A stretch of DNA of 64,000 nucleotides. Source: Candidatus Omnitrophota bacterium (GTDB taxonomy: Bacteria; Omnitrophota; Omnitrophia; Omnitrophales; Aquincolibacteriaceae). Shown here piece after piece: positions 29,858 to 38,737 of the stretch. The first letter of the stretch is position 1; every line of letters begins with the position of its first letter. Where the stretch lies: the NCBI GenBank assembly GCA_043821445.1, contig JBDRCT010000040.1:26745-90744 (forward strand), written 5' to 3'. The notes below the pieces were generated by a model, which made no database searches, was not told the DNA's origin, and saw only the letters and a program-made list of their open reading frames with translations. Both the position numbers and the translations under genes were made by a program.

Positions 29858-31077
29858 AACCTGTGATCTGCCTTCAGGGCGTTTCCAAGAAGTTCAAGAT
29901 CTACGATAATTCGTGGGGGCACTTGAAAGAGTTCGCGACTTTTGGCCTGATCAAGGATCACGAGGTTTTTTGGGCTCTCCGTGATATCGACCTCTCCGTG
30001 CAGCGGGGAGAAACGGTCGGAGTTATTGGTATGAATGGGAGCGGGAAGAGCACGCTTCTTCAATTGGCATCGGGCATCTTGAGGCCTACCGAGGGAGCGG
30101 TATCCATCCCCGCGCGGATCGCAACGCTGCTTGAGCTTGGCGGACTTTTCCATCCCGAGCTCAGTGGGTTGGAGAATGTTTTTCTCGCGGCAGGCATCCT
30201 TGGCTATCGCCGGAAAGAGATCCAGACAAAACTGGACGAGGTCATCGCCTTCGCGGATATCGGTCACTTTATCAATCATCCCGTCAAGATCTACTCTCAG
30301 GGGATGTTCCTCAGGCTGGCCTTTGCGGTGGTCGTGTGCCTTGATCCCGCGGCGGTTCTTATCGACGAGGTGCTGGCTGTCGGAGATGTTCTTTTTCAGC
30401 AGAAATGCTATGAGAGGATCGGAAGATTCGCTGAGGAAGGAAAAGCCGTGCTTCTCGTATCCCATAACACCGAGGAGATCAAAAAACTTACCGACCGCTG
30501 CGTTCTTCTGGACGGCGGAAAAATAGCCGCGGAGGGAAATCCGTGGGAAGTGACAGAGGTCTATCACAAAAAGCTGAATGAGCTTCGGATCGCGAGGGAG
30601 GGTTCGTCCCGCGCGTACACCATGAAAGCGGAAAGCTTCTTTACGGAAGAGGCGGAACTGATGCGTGTCCGGATCCTTAAAGGGGAACGTGAGATCACCG
30701 GGAATATTCAAGTCGGTGAAGAGGTCGAAGTGGAAGTGATGCTGCGGTTCAAAGTCGCGCTTCATGAATCCACGATTGGAATTTTTATTACCGATCTTTA
30801 CGGGTCTACTGTCACGGGAACTCACACAGGTTTCCACGGTATCAAGTTGGACAAGGCCATTCCAGGAGGCGTCGTGACGGCCCGGTTTTCGATCGCAGCC
30901 CATCTCAAGCCTGATCCTTACAGTATCACGGTTCGGGTACTTGAATATCCCGAGAAGGGCACCTCTCGAACGGTGATGAAGATGAACGGGGCGGCCGTCT
31001 TCAATGTGGCCGGCGACGCACCCTTTTACGGTGTGACCAACCTTTGCCGTTCGATAGAAATACTCAAAAACGCTTGA
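29854..31077 (+). CDS. wzt: ABC transporter ATP-binding protein with C-terminal extension (glycan-binding-domain candidate)
   Basis: Walker A GMNGSGKST; LSGG-like signature; Walker B LIDEVLAVGD. About 150 aa of C-terminal extension beyond the NBD. Confidence 0.85.
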   Translation: MKPVICLQGVSKKFKIYDNSWGHLKEFATFGLIKDHEVFWALRDIDLSVQRGETVGVIGMNGSGKSTLLQLASGILRPTEGAVSIPARIATLLELGGLFHPELSGLENVFLAAGILGYRRKEIQTKLDEVIAFADIGHFINHPVKIYSQGMFLRLAFAVVVCLDPAAVLIDEVLAVGDVLFQQKCYERIGRFAEEGKAVLLVSHNTEEIKKLTDRCVLLDGGKIAAEGNPWEVTEVYHKKLNELRIAREGSSRAYTMKAESFFTEEAELMRVRILKGEREITGNIQVGEEVEVEVMLRFKVALHESTIGIFITDLYGSTVTGTHTGFHGIKLDKAIPGGVVTARFSIAAHLKPDPYSITVRVLEYPEKGTSRTVMKMNGAAVFNVAGDAPFYGVTNLCRSIEILKNA

Positions 31078-31110
31078 ATACTTATATTCCAAAAGGACTC
31101 AAGAGCCCTA

Positions 31111-32591
31111 TGACGCCTCCCAAAATGATCTTGCTTGGATTGGACGGGGCAACATTTCAAGTTCTAGATCCTCTGATTGCTACGGGGAAGCTCCCCAACT
31201 TCAATCGGCTCAAAACCGAAGGCTGTTGGAGCGAGATATCCTCCAATATCCATCCAATTACCCCTTCCGCATGGGCCTCGATCTGTACGGGTTTGAACCC
31301 TGGGAAACACGGTGTCTTTGATTTTCGGAAGCTCGACCGGGAAAATTACCGGCTTGATTTTGTGAATGGCAATTCCCGGAAAGGCGAAACGTTATGGTGG
31401 GTACTCAGTAAAAAAAAGAAAAAAGTCGGTATCGTGAATGTGCCTTTGACGTATCCCCCTGAGCCGGTCAATGGTTTTATGGTCTCGGGGATGGACACTC
31501 CTTTTCCGACGACCCATTATACTTACCCTGCCGGATTTTCCAAAGAAATCGAAAAGGCGATCGGACCCTATCAAATTGACTTGGACGGAAGTTGCAGTTC
31601 GCTAGAGGATTATCTGGCTCAAGTTGAGGCTATGTTTCAAAAACGCATCCGTTTTTTTGAATATCTTGTCACATCGCACCATGAGCTGGATTTGCTTTTC
31701 TTTGTTTTTGTTATTTTGGACAGATTCCAGCACGTTCTGTGGAAATATCTTGATCCATCCCAGGCGGCCCACGCATTGCCTGAGGCTGCGGGTTACCGGA
31801 AAAAGGTTGAGCAGGCCTGTTGTCAGATCGATGAGTTGATAGGGCGTTATTATTTTTCCAACGCAAATCTCACAAGCTTAATGGTCGTTTCCGACCACGG
31901 ATTTGGGCCTTTGATGAAAGATGTTTATTTGAACCGGTGGCTTGAATCTATAGGCCTGCTCGTCTTTAAGAAGAGCGACTTCAGAGGGGGTATAGCATTT
32001 CTTGAGAACATTGACTGGTCGCGGACCCAAGCCTACTCATATGGTTTTTTTGGACAGATTAATCTGAACTTGAAAGGACGTGAAGCCCAGGGGATCGTTA
32101 AGAAGGGCAGGGAAGAAAAGCGGCTGCGGGCTTACATCAAAGAGAAAGCCATGGAATTTATCGACCCTGCGACGCAGCAACGGGTCGTGACGGGTTTCTT
32201 TTTCAACGAAGAGCTTTATAAAGGAGCGCATGCCGTGCTGGGACCCGATATCGTTTTGATCTTAAAGGATTATGCCTATATTACGCGGGACGGATACGAA
32301 TCGTTCACCGGAGATCTTTTCGGGGAGCCCATGAAGTATCACGATAAGGCGGTGCCTCATTCGGGGAATCATCGGCGCGAGGGGGTGTTTGTGTTCCACC
32401 GGAAGGACGTTCTATTGAAGAATACTAAATTGGAGAATACTTGTCTCAATGACATTTTTCCGACCGTTCTCGATTTTTTTGATGTAAAATTGCCCCACCA
32501 TTTGGACGGCCGATCGCTGATCCCGGAGATTCAAGGGGCTCCGAGGGTGAGTTTTTTAAAGAAAGTCTTTTCGCGGTTGGTGCGTTGTTGA
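31111..32591 (+). CDS. alkaline-phosphatase superfamily protein (type I phosphodiesterase/nucleotide pyrophosphatase-like)
   Basis: ILLGLDGATFQ ... ITPSAWASICTG metal-site region of the AP superfamily. ATG 31111 chosen because the track start at 31044 lies inside wzt. Confidence 0.6.
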
Positions 32592-32665
32592 ATTCAAAGA
32601 TATATGTGTCTTCCGATTGTGTTGGCGGAAGAAGGCATTCCGTATGATTCGCAGGCAATTGCGAT

Positions 32666-33313
32666 TTGTACCATACGTGCAACCGATGGATCGGTATGAG
32701 GAAACAAGGAATCGATCTTAGAAATATTCTATCTTGGCCATTGGCCTATGGTTTCTTCTCGAATATTTTAGCTCCGGGCAAGACCTATCCCATAGTCGCG
32801 AAAGAATACATTAAGTCCCAAGCAGGTGACAGAATTTTGGATCTCGGATGCGGCATCGCCAGAATCTTGAATTATTTGCCGTGCGTTGAATACACAGGAC
32901 TTGATATGAACCGTCGCTACATTGAAAAGGCAAAAAAAACTTATGGGGAGCGCGGCGCTTTTGTGTGCGAAGAGGTCAGCGCGGAACTTATCGATCGATT
33001 CAAGGATCACGATATTGTTTTGGCTCTGGGCGTTTTGCATCATATTGATGACGCTAAAGCTGAGCAATTATTCAAGATCGCCAAGAGCGCGTTAAAGGCC
33101 GGTGGGCGATTGATAACGTTTGACGGTTGTTATGTTCATCGACAGAATAGATTTGCGCGGTATTTGCTATCCAAGGATCGCGGGAAATATGTACGAACAA
33201 AGGATGAATATGTCGCGATCGCATCGAGGGTTTTCTCTCGGGTGGCTGTTGATGTACGGACCGATCTGATCTTTATTCCGTACAATCACATTATTATGGA
33301 ATGCTCGGCTTAG
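32666..33313 (+). CDS. class I SAM-dependent methyltransferase
   Basis: ILDLGCGIARIL motif I. About 215 aa. Confidence 0.7.
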   Translation: MYHTCNRWIGMRKQGIDLRNILSWPLAYGFFSNILAPGKTYPIVAKEYIKSQAGDRILDLGCGIARILNYLPCVEYTGLDMNRRYIEKAKKTYGERGAFVCEEVSAELIDRFKDHDIVLALGVLHHIDDAKAEQLFKIAKSALKAGGRLITFDGCYVHRQNRFARYLLSKDRGKYVRTKDEYVAIASRVFSRVAVDVRTDLIFIPYNHIIMECSA

Positions 33314-33338
33314 TAATTTCAATAAGGGAGGCTCGTTC

Positions 33339-34349
33339 ATGCAGACAAATAGTCTCAATGGCGAAATTATGTATTCGATAGTCATTCCTGTGTACAAGAC
33401 GGAGGCATGCTTAAACGAACTTTTTAAAAGAGTAGAAAGCGTGATGGCGGCCGACTCTCCGTCCTTTGAAATCATTTTTGTGGAAGACTGCGGGGGGGAT
33501 AGGTCCTGGGAGATCATTGAAAAGCTTTGTCATTCGGATAGCCGCGTGAAAGGCATTCAGCTGAGCAGTAATTATGGACAGCACAATGCATTATTGTGTG
33601 GTATACGCGCTGCAAGAGGGAATATCATTATTACGATGGACGATGACCTCCAACATCCTCCCGAAGAGATACCTAAGCTCTTGCAAAAGCTGTCGCAAGG
33701 ATTCGATGTGGTCTATGGTGCTCCGGAGAAGGAAAGACACGGCGTCCTGCGCAACCTTGCGTCGCAAATAACAAAAATAGTGTTACAAGGCACCATGGGC
33801 ATAAAGACCGCGAGGAATGTAAGCGCCTTCCGGGTATTCCGCACCTATCTCAGAAACGCCTTTCAAAACTATCAAGGCAATTTTGTATCGATCGATGTGC
33901 TGCTTACGTGGGGAACGAAACGTTTTACATCCGTTCTCGTCGCTCACGATCCAAGACGCTCGGGCCAATCAAACTATGCGTTTGGATCTTTGCTCACCCA
34001 CGCTTTCAATATGATAACGGGTTTTTGCATACTGCCCTTGCAATTCGCAAGCCTTCTTGGCTTTATCGTAACCCTTTTGGGTGTGATCGTTTTAGTCTCT
34101 GTGTTAGTAGAATATTTCCGCATCGGTGGACGTGTGCCGGGGTTCCCTTTTCTAGCTTCGATCATTACTTTATTTTCCGGGGCGCAACTGCTGGTTTTAG
34201 GAGTGATGGGTGAATATTTGGCGCGTATGCATTTTGATATCATGGAGAAACCACCGTACGTTATTCGTTCTTTGACTAAAAAAAATGCCGTACCCACGGA
34301 AAACATGGCGAGTGAGAGGAACAAGAAACGTGAAAACGCGGAAAAATAA
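33339..34349 (+). CDS. GT2 polyprenyl-phosphate glycosyltransferase (GtrB/ArnC-like) with C-terminal TM helices
   Basis: YSIVIPVYKTE ... VEDCGGDRS ... TMDDDLQHPP. Two C-terminal TM helices. Paralog of 5493. Confidence 0.8.
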   Translation: MQTNSLNGEIMYSIVIPVYKTEACLNELFKRVESVMAADSPSFEIIFVEDCGGDRSWEIIEKLCHSDSRVKGIQLSSNYGQHNALLCGIRAARGNIIITMDDDLQHPPEEIPKLLQKLSQGFDVVYGAPEKERHGVLRNLASQITKIVLQGTMGIKTARNVSAFRVFRTYLRNAFQNYQGNFVSIDVLLTWGTKRFTSVLVAHDPRRSGQSNYAFGSLLTHAFNMITGFCILPLQFASLLGFIVTLLGVIVLVSVLVEYFRIGGRVPGFPFLASIITLFSGAQLLVLGVMGEYLARMHFDIMEKPPYVIRSLTKKNAVPTENMASERNKKRENAEK

Positions 34350-35163
34350 AAAGGGGGCGGAGTCCATTAAAAAGTCTCAACGCGACTTAATAAAAAGCTA
34401 TTGGAGTCAGCAAGCCGTGAAGCATGGCAAATCCCATGTCGCATCATGGTCAGACCTCCGTGTTATCGAAATGGAGATCCGCGAACTCGATAAGCACCTC
34501 TCGGATGGCGATAGAGTTTTAGATGCCGGTTGCGCCAACGGATATATGTCCATTCAGTTGGCCAGAAAAAAAGAGATTGAAATTACAGGTATCGATTATA
34601 GCCGGAAGATGATCGATCAAGCGCGGTCGATGCTTAATGGTTTGAAAGGAGATTTTGTTCAACGGATCAATTTCAAAACCGATGATATAACCCGCTTGAA
34701 AGAAGCAGATAGAGTTTATGATAAGGTTATCGTTGTGAGAGTTTTGATTAATCTACATAATTGGGGCTCGCAGCTTAAGGGATTGCGTGAATGCGTGAGG
34801 GTCCTTAAACCGGGTGGCAGACTTTTGCTTTCCGAGGCCACGCTGCAGGGCTGGCAACGGCTGAATAAGTTCCGAAATGAATGGGGATTGCCCAAAATTC
34901 CGATGCCTTGGTTTAACCGCTATCTTGATCAGGAGAAGGTTGTTAAAGCAGTTTCTCCTCTTTTGCAATTAGTCGATATAATAAATTTTGCCAGTACTTA
35001 TTATATCGGTACGCGTGTCCTCAAGCCTTTACTAGCTATCGGAAGAGATATTGATACAGCCAACCCGAATATGGAGTGGAATCGTTGGTTTTCCCAACTG
35101 CCATCTTGGGGTGATTACGGAACACAGAAGCTATTCGTATTCAAAAAGCAACTTGGTGAATAG
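34330..35163 (+). CDS. class I SAM-dependent methyltransferase
   Basis: VLDAGCANG motif I. GTG 34330 proposed because the track's ATG 34285 lies deep inside the upstream gene. The start is uncertain. Confidence 0.6.
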   Translation: MKTRKNKKGAESIKKSQRDLIKSYWSQQAVKHGKSHVASWSDLRVIEMEIRELDKHLSDGDRVLDAGCANGYMSIQLARKKEIEITGIDYSRKMIDQARSMLNGLKGDFVQRINFKTDDITRLKEADRVYDKVIVVRVLINLHNWGSQLKGLRECVRVLKPGGRLLLSEATLQGWQRLNKFRNEWGLPKIPMPWFNRYLDQEKVVKAVSPLLQLVDIINFASTYYIGTRVLKPLLAIGRDIDTANPNMEWNRWFSQLPSWGDYGTQKLFVFKKQLGE

Positions 35164-35181
35164 TAATCGGATGAATCCCTC

Positions 35182-36054
35182 ATGAAGGTATGTCTCTCCT
35201 GCAGGGCTGGATTCCATAGCCAAGATTGGTCCTGTCCAAACTGCGGGGCACAGGCAGAGCATATCAACGGCTATCCCGTTCTCTACCCGAGATCGACAGT
35301 GCCAGAAGATGGATTTAAAGCAGAGTATTTTGCAAGGTTAGCCGGCATCGAAGCTGCTAATTTTTGGTTTCGCTCACGCAACAGGCTGATATTATGGGCG
35401 GTAGAAAGATATTTTTCGGGCGCTGAAAATTTTCTAGAAATAGGCTGCGGTACGGGTTTTGTTCTTTCCGCTATAAAAAAAAAGTTTCCCAGTCTTTCTT
35501 TGTACGGAAGTGATATTTATGCGGAAGGATTGAATTGCGCTAAAGAACGTGCAGGGCACCTTTCTTTGATGCTTATGGATGCCCGAGCGATACCGTATGA
35601 AAACGAATTTGATCTCATAGGCGCTTTTGATATTCTTGAACATGTCAAAGAAGAGGAGCTCGTCCTTTCGCAAATTCACAAATCATTGCGAAAAGGAGGA
35701 GGCATGCTTTTGACGGTTCCGCAGCACCCCTTTCTTTGGAGCCGATCCGATGAAGCGGCGTGCCACCTGCGCCGTTATCATGCGGCACAACTCAAGGCTA
35801 AAGTTGAGAAAACAGGATTCAGAATTCTCAAAATGACATCTTTTGTTTCGCTGCTCTTGCCGCTGATGATCTTAGCGCGTTTATGGGAAAAGCATGTGCG
35901 CAGGGAAAAATATGATGTTATGCGTTCTTTGGAGTTTAACTGGACGGTTGACATCCTCATGGAGAAGGTGCTCGACTTTGAGAGATTTCTCGTTCAGAAG
36001 GGTGTATCGTTCCCATTTGGAGGGAGTCTTTTCTTAATTGCCCGCAGAACATGA
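35182..36054 (+). CDS. class I SAM-dependent methyltransferase with N-terminal zinc ribbon
   Basis: CLSC ... CPNCG ribbon; EIGCGTGFVL motif I. Confidence 0.7.
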   Translation: MKVCLSCRAGFHSQDWSCPNCGAQAEHINGYPVLYPRSTVPEDGFKAEYFARLAGIEAANFWFRSRNRLILWAVERYFSGAENFLEIGCGTGFVLSAIKKKFPSLSLYGSDIYAEGLNCAKERAGHLSLMLMDARAIPYENEFDLIGAFDILEHVKEEELVLSQIHKSLRKGGGMLLTVPQHPFLWSRSDEAACHLRRYHAAQLKAKVEKTGFRILKMTSFVSLLLPLMILARLWEKHVRREKYDVMRSLEFNWTVDILMEKVLDFERFLVQKGVSFPFGGSLFLIARRT

Positions 36055-37184
36055 AAATACCGTTTAACAAACCATTTTTCATCGGAAAAGAAATCGAGTA
36101 TATCAAGAAGTCCGTCAAGACCGGACATATAGCGGGAGATGGCCTATTTACCCGTAAATGTCACGTTCTTCTTGAGAAGAAACTCAATGCAAAAAAAGTC
36201 CTTTTAACGACCTCCTGCACATCCGCTCTTGAGATGACCGCTATTCTTTGCGGCGTTAAGCCCGGAGACGAGGTTATTTTACCGTCCTATACTTTTGTTT
36301 CCACCGCCAATGCTTTTTATTTAAGAGGAGCCAAGCCTGTTTTTGTTGATATCCGGCCGGATACTCTCAATATTGATGAAAGCAAAATAAATCAAGCGGT
36401 CACCAAGCGAACTAAAGTAATCGTTCCGGTCCACTATGCCGGAGTAGGATGCGAGATGGATCGCATTATGAAAATAGCTCGTGATAACGGACTTTACGTC
36501 GTGGAGGATGCGGCTCAAGGGATTGATGCCACTTATAAAAAAAGACGCCTCGGCACGATAGGTGATTTCGGAGCTCTCAGTTTTCACGAAACAAAGAACT
36601 GCATGTGCGGGGAAGGTGGCGCTCTTATCATAAATAATAAGAAGTTTATTGCTCGGGCGGAGGTCATACGCGAAAAGGGAACTGACCGCAGTAAGTATTT
36701 CAGAGGTGAGATAGATAAATATACCTGGGTCGATGCGGGGTCATCATATTTGCCGTCTGACATCCTGGCGGCTTTTCTTTACGCGCAACTCGAAAATCTG
36801 CATAAGATCACTCGGCGTCGTAAAGAGATTTACGGTTTTTATTACGACAAGCTTTTTTCATTGGCCCAAAAAGGTCTCCTCAAACTACCAAACATTCCAA
36901 AACATTGCGGGTCAAACCACCATCTTTTTCATATTCAACTCAAGGACATGAAAACACGCGATGATTTATTGAATTATCTTAAACGAAAAAAAATACATGC
37001 CGTTTTTCACTACATCCCACTTCACCTTTCTGCAGTTGGCCGTTCAATGGGGTATAAAAAAGGCCAGTTTCCGATTACCGAAGCTGTAAGCGATCGATCG
37101 TTGAGATTGCCCTTTTACTACGGGTTAAATGATATCCAACAGCTCAAGGTTGTAAGAAGCATACGGCAGTTCTTTAAGGAGTAG
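36051..37184 (+). CDS. DegT/DnrJ/EryC1/StrS-family sugar aminotransferase (WecE/ArnB-like)
   Basis: FNKPFF.GKE ... SCTSALE ... GDEVI.PSYTFVSTANA ... HETKN (PLP lysine region). Confidence 0.85.
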   Translation: MKIPFNKPFFIGKEIEYIKKSVKTGHIAGDGLFTRKCHVLLEKKLNAKKVLLTTSCTSALEMTAILCGVKPGDEVILPSYTFVSTANAFYLRGAKPVFVDIRPDTLNIDESKINQAVTKRTKVIVPVHYAGVGCEMDRIMKIARDNGLYVVEDAAQGIDATYKKRRLGTIGDFGALSFHETKNCMCGEGGALIINNKKFIARAEVIREKGTDRSKYFRGEIDKYTWVDAGSSYLPSDILAAFLYAQLENLHKITRRRKEIYGFYYDKLFSLAQKGLLKLPNIPKHCGSNHHLFHIQLKDMKTRDDLLNYLKRKKIHAVFHYIPLHLSAVGRSMGYKKGQFPITEAVSDRSLRLPFYYGLNDIQQLKVVRSIRQFFKE

Positions 37185-37187
37185 ACG

Positions 37188-38642
37188 ATGAAGGTGATGT
37201 TGATAAGTTCTTTGCCCAAGGAGGGCGCGTATGCCACCGCTGATTGGAACCCGACTCCGGATTCTGCGGGAGAGTTTCCTCCGATCGGGCTGAGCTATAT
37301 AGCAGGCTATCTCATTGATCGCACCCATCATGAGGTTGTCGTTCTGGATGCCGTGTCCGAGCATCTCGATTATCCGCAAATAGAGGCACGCCTGTTGGCG
37401 TTCAGGCCAGATATCGTGGGCACTACGATATTCACGCCGACATTTTACGGTAATCTGGTCCTGGCTAAATCAGTAAAGCGCGTACTTCCAAAGTGTTACG
37501 TCTGTATGGGGGGCGTACAGCATGTACGAATGTTTTTGGAAGAGACGTTGAATCATCCGGAGATAGATTTACTTGTGCGCGGTGAAGGAGAAACGATCTT
37601 CGCCAATCTGTTAGATGCTCTTGAAAACGATCGTCCATTGGATACCGTGGACGGCATAAGTTTCAAGCGGAATGGCAAAACTATTTCACCCGGAAGGGAG
37701 GGGTATGTTGACGATATTAATTCGTTGCCCTCTCCCGCTTTCAACCTCTTGCCGTTTAAGCTGTATAAAAACAGAGTAGGCACCGGCAAGCAGATCGGCG
37801 TTGTTCTCACATCGAGAGGTTGTCCCTATGTTTGCACATTCTGCGATCATCCTTACCGCACTTTCAGGAAATATTCTTTAGATCGCATTATGAATGAAAT
37901 GAATTTTTTTTATGAAAGGGGAGTTCGAGAGTTTGTTTTCTTTGATGATATGTTCAATGTTACATCGGATAGAGCGATAGAAATAAGTGAGGGGATCATC
38001 CGTCGATTTCCAGGCATTGTATGGTCTTTCCGTGGAAGGGCCGACCAGATCACTCAGGAAATGATAGAAAAAGTTAAGAAGGCCGGATGCACGCAAGCGA
38101 TGTTTGGATTGGAAGCAGCTAAGGATGAGGATCTGAAAGCGATAAAGAAAAATATCACGATCGAAAAGTTTTTAAACGGTATCAGGCTGTGCAAGAAGAA
38201 CGGTCTCAGCACGAGTGCGAATTATATTATTGGTCTTCCGACACACAAAAGCCGCAAGGACGTACTGGACATGCTGGACTTTGCGATTAAGAGCGGGACC
38301 GATTACGCCCAGTTCAACATATTGTTGCCCTACGCCGGCACAGAAATCTATGCTGAAGCAGTAAGGCAAAATATTATTCCTGGGGATTTTTGGAAAAATT
38401 ACATCTTAAATCCCCAGCCGAATGCTTATATTCCGGTATTGGAGCAGCATTTAAGTCGTAAAGAGCTGAGCGAGTTGCTCCTGCTGTCTTTCCGAAAGTT
38501 TTATCTTCGTCCATCAAAAATACTGGAGAAGGTGCTCAGCGTAAGAAGTTTTTCGCAGTTCATGATGTCGCTGCGCGGAATGTTCGTGGTCATGGGCTTT
38601 GGCGGTTTCCGAAGAAAGAAAACAGGATCTCTAGCGACTTAG
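37188..38642 (+). CDS. B12-binding-domain radical SAM protein (class B)
   Basis: N-terminal B12-binding-like segment. LTSRGCPYVCTFCDH CxxxCxxC motif. Confidence 0.8.
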   Translation: MKVMLISSLPKEGAYATADWNPTPDSAGEFPPIGLSYIAGYLIDRTHHEVVVLDAVSEHLDYPQIEARLLAFRPDIVGTTIFTPTFYGNLVLAKSVKRVLPKCYVCMGGVQHVRMFLEETLNHPEIDLLVRGEGETIFANLLDALENDRPLDTVDGISFKRNGKTISPGREGYVDDINSLPSPAFNLLPFKLYKNRVGTGKQIGVVLTSRGCPYVCTFCDHPYRTFRKYSLDRIMNEMNFFYERGVREFVFFDDMFNVTSDRAIEISEGIIRRFPGIVWSFRGRADQITQEMIEKVKKAGCTQAMFGLEAAKDEDLKAIKKNITIEKFLNGIRLCKKNGLSTSANYIIGLPTHKSRKDVLDMLDFAIKSGTDYAQFNILLPYAGTEIYAEAVRQNIIPGDFWKNYILNPQPNAYIPVLEQHLSRKELSELLLLSFRKFYLRPSKILEKVLSVRSFSQFMMSLRGMFVVMGFGGFRRKKTGSLAT

Positions 38643-38737
38643 GGTTATGCTGCAAGAGTAATAAGCTTCCGTATGCATGTGAGATGGGTAGCCGTCGAAT
38701 TTGAAATTCATTTAAAAAATATCATAGAGAGTCAAAG

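Noticed and set aside
29830-31092. 420-aa ORF on the minus strand
   Set aside because: It is antisense to wzt, whose Walker A/B and signature motifs on the + strand are unambiguous.
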